From an uncultured Clostridia bacterium (GTDB lineage Bacteria; Bacillota; Clostridia; Oscillospirales; Ruminococcaceae): 64,000 nt of DNA. Location of the stretch: contig CANQPX010000002.1 of NCBI GenBank assembly GCA_947625915.1, positions 40,303-104,302 on the forward strand, written 5' to 3'. Under the pieces are notes generated by a model that was not told the origin of the DNA, did no database searches, and was given only the letters and a program-made list of their open reading frames with translations. Below, in pieces: positions 46,904-54,388 of this stretch; position 1 is the stretch's first letter; each line of letters starts with the position of its first letter. A program made the translations under genes and the position numbers.

Positions 46904-47611
46904 ATGATGAATTCGGACTTTCCAAGAATTATAACTTTGTTGAGGAAAGAACGCGGCATCAGTCAGAAAAACGCAGCTTCCGCACTTGGCATTTCCCAAG
47001 CGCTGCTGTCCCATTACGAAAAAGGTATAAGAGAATGCGGATTGGAGTTCCTTGTAAAAACAGCGGATTACTATAACGTGTCCTGCGACTATCTTCTGGG
47101 AAGATCCCCCGAACCCGCGGGAAAGACCATATCCTATGAGGATATCCCCGAACAGGATCTTAACGGAAAAGAAAAAATATCCGCAGGCGGCGTAATGGCT
47201 TCTTTCAACAAAAAACTCGTTGTCAATGCGGCGGCGGTGCTGTTCTCGCTCGCACAAAAGACGGGAAGTTCCACCGTTCTGAAAGAAGTATCTTCGTATC
47301 TGATGCTTGCGATATACAAAATGTTCCGCGTTGTTTATTCCGCAAATCCAAAGAACGATCAGCGGTTTTTCACCGTTCCGGAAGTTACCGCGCAGGGCAG
47401 TTCCTCTGCGGCTATGGCGATATGTGAAGCAAACGCGTATGCCGCGTCAAAGGGCATATCCGTAAACGGAGGAGACACTGCAAAAGAGACCGATGAAAGT
47501 CTTATAACGGCAAATTCGCTTTCGGAAGAATATCCCGGTTCGGCATCATCGCTGTTGAATGTTATAAAGAACAGTGAAGCGCGTATGCATATACTTAACG
47601 GTGAAAAGTGA
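46904..47611 (+). CDS. XRE-family helix-turn-helix transcriptional regulator
   Basis: 235-aa ORF with an N-terminal HTH_3 pattern (LRKERGISQKNAASALGISQALLSHYEKG). The C-terminal ~160 aa belong to no family I recognise. Confidence 0.75.
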   Translation: MMNSDFPRIITLLRKERGISQKNAASALGISQALLSHYEKGIRECGLEFLVKTADYYNVSCDYLLGRSPEPAGKTISYEDIPEQDLNGKEKISAGGVMASFNKKLVVNAAAVLFSLAQKTGSSTVLKEVSSYLMLAIYKMFRVVYSANPKNDQRFFTVPEVTAQGSSSAAMAICEANAYAASKGISVNGGDTAKETDESLITANSLSEEYPGSASSLLNVIKNSEARMHILNGEK

Positions 47612-47700
47612 AATATAAAAGCCGATATAGATAATTGTAGCACAATTCCGTCAAGAATTCAATAGACATAAAGTAAAACTTAAAATATATTTTAACAAAA

Positions 47701-47729
47701 ACAATACCTTCCCGAGCGGAAGGTATTGT
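47701..47729 (-). terminator. hairpin with a T-run on the minus strand only
   Basis: ACAATACCTTCC-CGAGC-GGAAGGTATTGT. The minus strand continues TTTTGTT, while the plus strand continues CAGCTTATAAAAAA. Confidence 0.4.
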
Positions 47730-47739
47730 CAGCTTATAA

Positions 47740-48030
47740 AAAAGCCTTAAAGCAGGCGCGGACAAACTAAAAAACGAAAAACAAAACCTTGCCCGAAAAG
47801 CTGGTCCAGCGCAGCCGCGCTGGTGGGGTCGAGGGGCGAAGCCCTCGTCGCCGTCCGCAGACGGCGAAATCCCCTAATGCCTTTAGGAGCTCCGCAGGGG
47901 GTGAATTGCTGTCGCAGACAGCAAGAGGGGGAAGCCCTGCGATAGAGGGCTTCCCCCTTGGCATTAACGGCTTTTTCAAATTTTGTCTTGTCAAACAACC
48001 CGGTGAGTTGTTTGACAACAAAATATTTTT
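47740..48030 (+). repeat. multi-hairpin intergenic element, copy 4
   Basis: GGCGCGGACAAACTAAAAAACG starts at 47755. The hairpin series is conserved. The terminal hairpin uses the TTGTCAAACAAC/GTTGTTTGACAA arms, and the distal T-rich tail module is absent. Confidence 0.85.
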
Positions 48031-48073
48031 GGAAACCTCAGCCTTGAAAGACCGACAAAATTTCAAGTAAACT

Positions 48074-48772
48074 ATGAAAGGAGTTACTTGCTTTTTCAAG
48101 CATTTGCAGAGTATGAAAAGATATATTGTAAAATATTCAGGGAACGGAAAAAATTTCTCCGCTGCGGATAAGGAAAACGGTCTCGCCGTACTCGATGCGG
48201 AAACAGCCGACGGATATGAGGTGATCGCCGATGTGACGGGGAACCCTTTCTACAGCGACGAAAGTATAAGGAGCCGCAAAGGACATATACTGAACCTTGA
48301 AATAGAACGGAAATGGTTAGTAAAGATCCCCGAAAATATCGGCGAGCTTCCTTTTAAGACTATAGAACAGGACTACCTCGCTCCCGAAAGCGGCTTCCGC
48401 GGACGGATAAGAAAATTAGACGATAAATTCATCTACACAGAAAAAGCCCCCACCGCCGACCCGAAAGTCCGTGTCGAGAACGAAAAGTTCATTTCCCGCG
48501 AAGAATATCTTTCCCTTAAAGAAAAAACCGTTGGAAATACTATCAAAAAACGGCGGTACCTTATCCCTTACGGCGGGCTGACTTTTGAACTGGACGTCTT
48601 TGAAAATAATGCGGATAAAGACTATGCTCTTATGGAAGCGGAACTTGAACATAAAAACGACAAAGCGGAACTTCCGCCCTTTGTAGAAGTTATACAAGAA
48701 GTAACTGATGATATGTATTATACAAATAGGAATTTATCCGACATGAAAATAATTCGGCTTTTGAAAAAATAA
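48074..48772 (+). CDS. CYTH-domain (triphosphate tunnel metalloenzyme) protein
   Basis: The C-terminal ~150 aa start with the CYTH signature LEIERKWLV. The N-terminal ~70 aa are unassigned. The start could also be the Met at 48113. Confidence 0.6.
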   Translation: MKGVTCFFKHLQSMKRYIVKYSGNGKNFSAADKENGLAVLDAETADGYEVIADVTGNPFYSDESIRSRKGHILNLEIERKWLVKIPENIGELPFKTIEQDYLAPESGFRGRIRKLDDKFIYTEKAPTADPKVRVENEKFISREEYLSLKEKTVGNTIKKRRYLIPYGGLTFELDVFENNADKDYALMEAELEHKNDKAELPPFVEVIQEVTDDMYYTNRNLSDMKIIRLLKK

Positions 48773-48804
48773 TGTTAAAATTTGTGGTTAACGCTGCAAA
48801 ACTA

Positions 48805-48833
48805 TTGACTTTTATTCGGAAAAATGATATAAT
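48805..48833 (+). promoter_or_regulatory. consensus sigma-A promoter (extended -10) for secDF
   Basis: TTGACT (48805..48810), 17 nt ending in TG, then TATAAT (48828..48833). Confidence 0.6.
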
Positions 48834-48868
48834 GATTTGATAATTTGTGCAAAACAGGAGGTTAAATC

Positions 48869-50284
48869 GTGGGAAAAGTCAAAAAACCTGTTTTCTTTAT
48901 CGTCTGTGCTTTGATCCTGATCTTTGCGGCTTCCGTCATATTCGGGATAACATACTATTACGGCGATATGGAAACAGTTTATCTTAAAGGTGTCAACAAT
49001 ATCCGCTTCGGTATCGATATCAAGGGCGGCGTTGACGTTACATTCACTCCGCCGGAAGGCATAGATGCAGAGGATGATCAGCTTGACGCCGCAAAACAGG
49101 TAATAGTCCAGCGTATGATGAACCTTGGCATTACCGACTACGAAAGCTATATCGACTATAACAACGACCGTATCATCGTAAGGTTCCCTTGGAAAGAGGG
49201 CGAGGCAAATTTCGACCCCGAAGCCGCCGTTAAGGAACTGGGCGAAACTGCCGAACTGACTTTCCGTGAGGGGCATGAGGTGGACGAACTCGGTATGTAC
49301 ACAGGCGTTACAAAGGATAACGTTATCCTTGTGGGCGCAGACGTTCAGAAAGCCGAAGCAGTCTACACTCAGGACGAGAGCGGCGCGCGTGATTGGCTCG
49401 TAAGCCTTGAACTTACCGATGAAGGAGCAGAAAAATTCGCAACAGCTACCGAAAAGCTATACGCGGAACACGGCGTTATCTCAATATGGATGGACGAGAA
49501 TTGTTTCTCATATCCTAACGTTGAAGCTATTATTACCGACGGAAGAGCCACTATCTCCGGCTCCTTCGACGCCGACAGCGCAAAGGAACTCGCCGATAAG
49601 ATCAATTCGGGCGCACTGCCTTTCAAACTCGTTACCGCAAGCTTCTCCACCATTTCCCCGAGCCTTGGCACGGGCGCACTTGAAGCTATGGTGATCGCGG
49701 GTCTTATTGCATTTGTTTTCATTGCAATATTTATGATAGCCGTTTACCGCCTGCCCGGCGCAGTTTCGGTAATTGCACTTATAGGACAGGTAGCGGGAAC
49801 ATTGGCGTTCATTTCGGGCTACTTCGGATTTATGAACGGCTCCATACTGACCATACCGGGTATCGCAGGTATCATACTTGCAGTCGGCATGGGCGTTGAC
49901 GCAAACGTTATCACTTCCGAAAGAATAAAAGAAGAACTCCTCAACGGCAAGACCCTGAACGGCTCTATCGAATCGGGCTTCAAGAGAGCATTCTCCGCTA
50001 TCCTCGACGGAAACGTAACAATGATACTCGTTGCGATAATCCTTATGGGCGCTTTCGGAACTCCCGACAGCATATTCTCAAAACTTCTCCACTTCGTATT
50101 CTTCATGTTCGGTCCGTCCACCGCGGGAACTATCTATTCTTTCGGCTTCACATTGCTGACGGGCGTTGCGCTTAACCTATTCTTCGGCGTGTTCTGCTCA
50201 AGACTCATGCTTTCTTCTCTCTCAAAGTTCAAAGTGTTCAGAAACCCTAAATTCTACGGGGGAGGTAATAAAAATGAGCAGTAA
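48869..50284 (+). CDS. secD: protein translocase subunit SecD
   Basis: 471-aa ORF with a GTG start after AGGAGG. It has an N-terminal TM segment, a large periplasmic-type domain and a C-terminal 5-TM SecD/F block. Confidence 0.9.
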   Translation: MGKVKKPVFFIVCALILIFAASVIFGITYYYGDMETVYLKGVNNIRFGIDIKGGVDVTFTPPEGIDAEDDQLDAAKQVIVQRMMNLGITDYESYIDYNNDRIIVRFPWKEGEANFDPEAAVKELGETAELTFREGHEVDELGMYTGVTKDNVILVGADVQKAEAVYTQDESGARDWLVSLELTDEGAEKFATATEKLYAEHGVISIWMDENCFSYPNVEAIITDGRATISGSFDADSAKELADKINSGALPFKLVTASFSTISPSLGTGALEAMVIAGLIAFVFIAIFMIAVYRLPGAVSVIALIGQVAGTLAFISGYFGFMNGSILTIPGIAGIILAVGMGVDANVITSERIKEELLNGKTLNGSIESGFKRAFSAILDGNVTMILVAIILMGAFGTPDSIFSKLLHFVFFMFGPSTAGTIYSFGFTLLTGVALNLFFGVFCSRLMLSSLSKFKVFRNPKFYGGGNKNEQ

Positions 50285-51233
50285 ATTCAATTTCGATTTT
50301 GTCGGAAAGAAAAAGCTTTTCTTCGGCATTTCAATAGCTATGATCGCAATTTCAATACTTTCGACGTTTATTTTTGGCGCAAACCTTGATATCCAGTTCA
50401 AGGGCGGCACTATCCTGACATACATTTATGACGGAACTATAGATCAGGCACAGTTTGAAAAGGACGCTACCGACGCTCTTGGCGGGATAGGCGTTACTTC
50501 CACCGTGGGAGAAGATTTCTCCACGGGAAAGAACAATATCCAGCTCTCACTTATTTCAAACGAAGGTCTTACTTCCGACAAACAGTTTGAACTTACAAAT
50601 ACCCTTACGGAAAAATATGCGGAAAATTCCGTTGAACTGGTGGAATCTTCCGATGTTTCCCCGTCCTCGGGTAAGGAATTCTTCCTTAAATGTCTTGTTG
50701 CGGTACTGTTGTCCTTCATTGTCCTGATAATCTATATCGCAATACGTTTCAAGAACATCGGCGGCTGGCTCGCAGGCGTATGCGCGATACTTGCACTGCT
50801 CCATGACTGTATCATCGTTTACGGAACATTCATCATCTGCGGAATGTCCATAAACGCAAACTTTATGGCAGTTGTACTGACTATCCTTGGATATTCCATC
50901 AACAACACCATCGTTATCTATGACCGTATCCGTGAAAATGAAGTGCTTTTCAGAAAGACAAAGACCCATGCCGAGATCGTTAATCTCAGCATAAACCAGT
51001 CTCTGACGCGTTCTATAAACACATCTATAACAACTATCGCGGCAATGCTGGCGGTAACTATCGTTGCGGCGATCTACGGAGTAACTTCTATAATCTCTTT
51101 CTCACTGCCGATGATGATAGGCATGATAGCAGGCGCATATTCTTCCGTATGCTTCACCTGCCCGCTGTGGCTGACGCTTGAAAGCAAACTCAATAAAAAC
51201 AGCGGCAAAAAAGCTAAAACGGCAAAAGCCTGA
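50274..51233 (+). CDS. secF: protein translocase subunit SecF
   Basis: MSSKFNFDFVGKKKLFFG start after GGGAGG, overlapping the secD stop by 11 nt. The ORF-track start at 50166 is an in-frame over-extension inside secD. Confidence 0.9.
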   Translation: MSSKFNFDFVGKKKLFFGISIAMIAISILSTFIFGANLDIQFKGGTILTYIYDGTIDQAQFEKDATDALGGIGVTSTVGEDFSTGKNNIQLSLISNEGLTSDKQFELTNTLTEKYAENSVELVESSDVSPSSGKEFFLKCLVAVLLSFIVLIIYIAIRFKNIGGWLAGVCAILALLHDCIIVYGTFIICGMSINANFMAVVLTILGYSINNTIVIYDRIRENEVLFRKTKTHAEIVNLSINQSLTRSINTSITTIAAMLAVTIVAAIYGVTSIISFSLPMMIGMIAGAYSSVCFTCPLWLTLESKLNKNSGKKAKTAKA

Positions 51234-51266
51234 TGTGAGATCCTTACGGACAGGGAGGCGGTCTTA

Positions 51267-52058
51267 ATGAAAGCGGGAGTCTCTACGGCTTGCCTTTACC
51301 CCACGGAAGTTGAAAAAGCCTTCCTTCAGCTCGCCAGAAACGGCATAAGATCAACGGAAATATTCGTCAATACTCATTGTGAACTTCATGACCCGTACCT
51401 GAGCGAAATGTTGGCGGTACAGCACGAATACGGCATGGAGGTCGTTTCCGTACACCCGTTCACCTGCGGCATAGAGCCGATGATGCTGTTCACAAAATAC
51501 GAACGCCGCGTGAACGATATGCTTGACTACTTCAAAAAATTCTTTGAGTATATGAACTTTTTCGGCGCAAAATTTTTCGTTCTGCACGGAAATAAGCCGG
51601 AAAATTATTGCCCCGATGAAAAATATTTCGAGCGTTTCCTTAAACTTCAGGAAACCGCGGAAAGCTTCGGCGTTACCGCAGTACAGGAAAATGTTTCAAG
51701 ATGCACCGGAAGGAGCCTTGATTTCCTCGTGAAAATGAAAAATACCCTCGGAGATAAGGCGGCTTTCGTACTCGATACAAAACAGGCTCTCCGCTCGGAG
51801 AACGATCCCATACAAATGGTAAAAGCCCTCGGCAGCAGCATAAAACACCTGCATTTCTCCGACTCGGGAAAAGCAGGTGATTGCTTGAAATTCGGCTTCG
51901 GAGAGTATGATGACCTTGCGCTGCTTCGGGAAATGAAAGCCTGCGGCTATAACGGAAGCGTGATGATAGAACTTTACAAAGGCAGTTTTGAAAATGTTCC
52001 CGACCTTGCGGATAATTACAGAACACTGGAAAAATTCCTGAAAGATAACAATTTATAA
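51267..52058 (+). CDS. sugar phosphate isomerase/epimerase (xylose isomerase-like TIM barrel)
   Basis: 263-aa ORF with the AP-endonuclease-2/xylose-isomerase-like TIM-barrel pattern. Confidence 0.65.
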   Translation: MKAGVSTACLYPTEVEKAFLQLARNGIRSTEIFVNTHCELHDPYLSEMLAVQHEYGMEVVSVHPFTCGIEPMMLFTKYERRVNDMLDYFKKFFEYMNFFGAKFFVLHGNKPENYCPDEKYFERFLKLQETAESFGVTAVQENVSRCTGRSLDFLVKMKNTLGDKAAFVLDTKQALRSENDPIQMVKALGSSIKHLHFSDSGKAGDCLKFGFGEYDDLALLREMKACGYNGSVMIELYKGSFENVPDLADNYRTLEKFLKDNNL

Positions 52059-52072
52059 AAGGTGGTAATTTT

Positions 52073-53443
52073 ATGGAAAAAAGTATGGATAAAATAGTAG
52101 CCCTCTGTAAAGGCAGAGGATTTGTTTACCCCGGCTCGGAAATTTACGGCGGTCTGGCAAATACATGGGACTACGGTCCACTCGGCGTTCTGCTGAAAAA
52201 CAATATAAAAAATGCTTGGCTGAAAAAATTCGTGCAGGAATGTCCATACAATGTCGGTCTTGACAGCGCGATACTTATGAACCCGCAGACATGGGTAGCT
52301 TCGGGACATCTGGGAGGATTTTCCGACCCGCTTATGGACTGCCGCGAATGTAAGACCCGCCACCGTGCAGATCAGCTTATCGAAACACAGACAGACGTTA
52401 ACCCCACCGGCTGGTCAAACGAGCAGATGAGCGAATTTATCGAAACTCATGATATAAAATGCCCCAACTGCGGAAAGAAAAATTTTACCCCGATACGTCA
52501 GTTCAACCTTATGTTCAAAACATTTCAGGGCGTTACCGAGGATTCAAAAGCGGAACTTTATCTCCGTCCCGAGACCGCACAGGGAATTTTCGTAAACTTT
52601 GCAAATATCCAGAGAACTACCAGAAAAAAAGTTCCTTTCGGCGTTGCGCAGGTGGGAAAATCATTCCGTAATGAGATAACTCCGGGAAACTTCATTTTCC
52701 GCGTCCGTGAATTTGAGCAGATGGAACTTGAATTCTTCTGTAAACCCGGTACGGATCTTGAATGGTTCCAGTACTGGAGAGGATATTGTCACGACTTTCT
52801 GCTGAGTCTCGGTCTTAAAGACGAGCATCTCCGTCTCCGCGATCATTCTCCGGAAGAACTTTGCTTCTATTCAAAGGCGACAACCGACTTTGAGTTCCTG
52901 TTCCCATTCGGTTGGGGAGAACTCTGGGGCGTTGCGGACAGAACGGATTACGATCTTACGCAGCATATCAAGACAAGCGGCAAGTCACTTGAATATTTTG
53001 ATCCCGAAACAAATGAGAAATATGTTCCCTATGTTATCGAACCGTCACTGGGCGTTGAAAGACTGTTCCTTTCGATCGTCTGTGAAGCATATGATGAGGA
53101 GACCATCGGTGAAGGCGATGTCCGCACGGTAATGCATTTCCACCCTGCGCTTGCGCCCATCAAGGCAGCCGTTCTCCCGCTCACAAAGAAGCTGAAAGAT
53201 CAGGCACTTGAAGTTTACACCATGCTTTCAAAATATTTCAGTGTAGATTATGACGAAGCGGGACAGATCGGAAAGCGTTACCGCCGTCAGGACGAGATAG
53301 GAACGCCTTTCTGCATTACTTACGACTTTGACACTCTTGAAAAGGACGGCTGCGTGACTGTCCGTGACCGTGACACAATGGAGCAGGAGCGAGTAAAGAT
53401 AGACGCGCTTGTAGACTATCTCAACAAAAAGTTAGAATTCTGA
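52073..53443 (+). CDS. glyQS: glycine--tRNA ligase (alpha2 homodimeric type)
   Basis: 456-aa ORF with [24 protein letters not shown] and class II synthetase motifs. Confidence 0.95.
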   Translation: MEKSMDKIVALCKGRGFVYPGSEIYGGLANTWDYGPLGVLLKNNIKNAWLKKFVQECPYNVGLDSAILMNPQTWVASGHLGGFSDPLMDCRECKTRHRADQLIETQTDVNPTGWSNEQMSEFIETHDIKCPNCGKKNFTPIRQFNLMFKTFQGVTEDSKAELYLRPETAQGIFVNFANIQRTTRKKVPFGVAQVGKSFRNEITPGNFIFRVREFEQMELEFFCKPGTDLEWFQYWRGYCHDFLLSLGLKDEHLRLRDHSPEELCFYSKATTDFEFLFPFGWGELWGVADRTDYDLTQHIKTSGKSLEYFDPETNEKYVPYVIEPSLGVERLFLSIVCEAYDEETIGEGDVRTVMHFHPALAPIKAAVLPLTKKLKDQALEVYTMLSKYFSVDYDEAGQIGKRYRRQDEIGTPFCITYDFDTLEKDGCVTVRDRDTMEQERVKIDALVDYLNKKLEF

Positions 53444-53448
53444 TATTA

Positions 53449-53478
53449 CAAAAGCCCCCGAACGGGGGCTTTTGGTTT
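53449..53478. terminator. rho-independent terminator after glyQS
   Basis: AAAAGCCCCCG-AA-CGGGGGCTTTTGG. The same 23-mer recurs at 53902..53924. Confidence 0.7.
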
Positions 53479-53480
53479 GT

Positions 53481-53886
53481 TGAAAAACTGAAAAATAGGC
53501 GCGGACAAACTAAAAAACGAAAAACAAAACCTTGCCCGAAAAGCTGGTCCAGCGCAGCCGCGCTGGTGGGGTCTAAGGGAAAAACGAATGCTTCGCATTC
53601 GTCTAAACCCCTTGTCGTCGAAACGAACGCAGTTCGTTTTTCGCAGTACGACGAAATTCCCCTAATGCCTTTAGGAGCTCCGCAGGGGGTGAATTTGCGC
53701 CGCAGGCGTAAAGAGGGGGAAGCCTCTGCAAAAACCAAAACTTCGTTTGGTTGAGGGCTTCCCCCTTGGCATTAACGGTTATTATAATTTATGCCTTGCA
53801 AAACAGCCCGGTGAGCTGTTTTGCAATAAAGAGCAATTTGTTTTTCTAAAAAATGATCTGTTGTTTGACAACAAATTATATTATGC
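53481..53886 (+). repeat. multi-hairpin intergenic element, copy 5 (expanded)
   Basis: Full-length copy with two of the hairpin modules enlarged by nested hairpins (53570..53650). Flanked by an identical 23-bp direct repeat. Confidence 0.85.
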
Positions 53887-54104
53887 TTTATCGATAAGCT
53901 GAAGCCCCCGAACGGGGGCTTTTGATTTTCGACCGAAAAATGTTGAAAACTTGTGGAAAACGTTGAATTTATCCCTCATTTGCCGTAAAACCGCACTTCC
54001 GCTTTCAACATTTTTAACGAAATTTTCCACCCGCGATCGCTTTTCATGATTTCGTTTTAATTTCAACTTATTTTCACATAATTTACACAAAAAACAGTTA
54101 TCAT

Positions 54105-54310
54105 GTAAATGTACTCAAACAAAGAGTACGTTATCCCCCATAATGTGCTTTTATATTGCAGATCATCACCCCTGGATCTGCGCGGTGAAAACCATATAAA
54201 AGACCCCTATCCATAAGCTGTTTACCCCTACGGTTTATGGAAACCCCCAATAATCCTATATCATAATCTTCGGCTCTGCCTTACCCCAAGACAGAGCCAC
54301 TTTCTTTTTT
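54105..54310 (+). ncRNA. candidate C-rich small RNA (six CCCC motifs, intrinsic terminator)
   Basis: Hairpins lie at 54111..54129, 54158..54181 and 54211..54240. The terminator is GGCTCTG (54272..54278)/CAGAGCC (54292..54298) plus a T-run. CCCC(C) runs occur at 54135, 54169, 54204, 54225, 54244 and 54284, mostly in loops or linkers. A separate consensus promoter for the downstream gene follows the terminator. The 5' end is not defined. Confidence 0.4.
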
Positions 54311-54326
54311 ATCAACTTTCCCGTGA

Positions 54327-54355
54327 TTGACATTCTTTTGTAAAAATGTTATAAT
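54327..54355 (+). promoter_or_regulatory. consensus sigma-A promoter for the GH3 gene
   Basis: TTGACA (54327..54332), 17 nt, then TATAAT (54350..54355). Confidence 0.65.
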
Positions 54356-54388
54356 CATAAAAACGGCTTTTTGAAAGGATCATGCGTT

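Noticed and set aside
52059-52072. An expected T-box leader upstream of glyQS.
   Set aside because: Only 14 nt separate glyQS from the preceding isomerase gene, so there is no room for a T-box. glyQS appears to be co-transcribed.
53881-54090. A 69-aa minus-strand ORF in the glyQS-GH3 intergenic region.
   Set aside because: It has no RBS and a Lys/Arg-rich AT-driven composition. It overlaps a terminator-hairpin copy and has no recognisable family.
53926-54105. DnaA-box-like 9-mers (TGTGGAAAA, TTTTCCACC, TTATCCCTC) and the GTGGAAAA/TTTTCCAC inverted repeat, considered as a possible replication origin.
   Set aside because: Each has 1-2 mismatches to TTATCCACA. There are too few boxes, no dnaA/dnaN nearby and no AT-rich unwinding element pattern. 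Most likely chance, or an unrelated operator.
35868-54388. Longer N-terminal extensions offered by the ORF track for glgB (35868), glgD (39128), glgA (40371), secF (50166) and GH3 (54371).
   Set aside because: The downstream in-frame ATGs have properly spaced Shine-Dalgarno sequences and give canonical family N-termini. The extensions overlap the RBS or the upstream gene.
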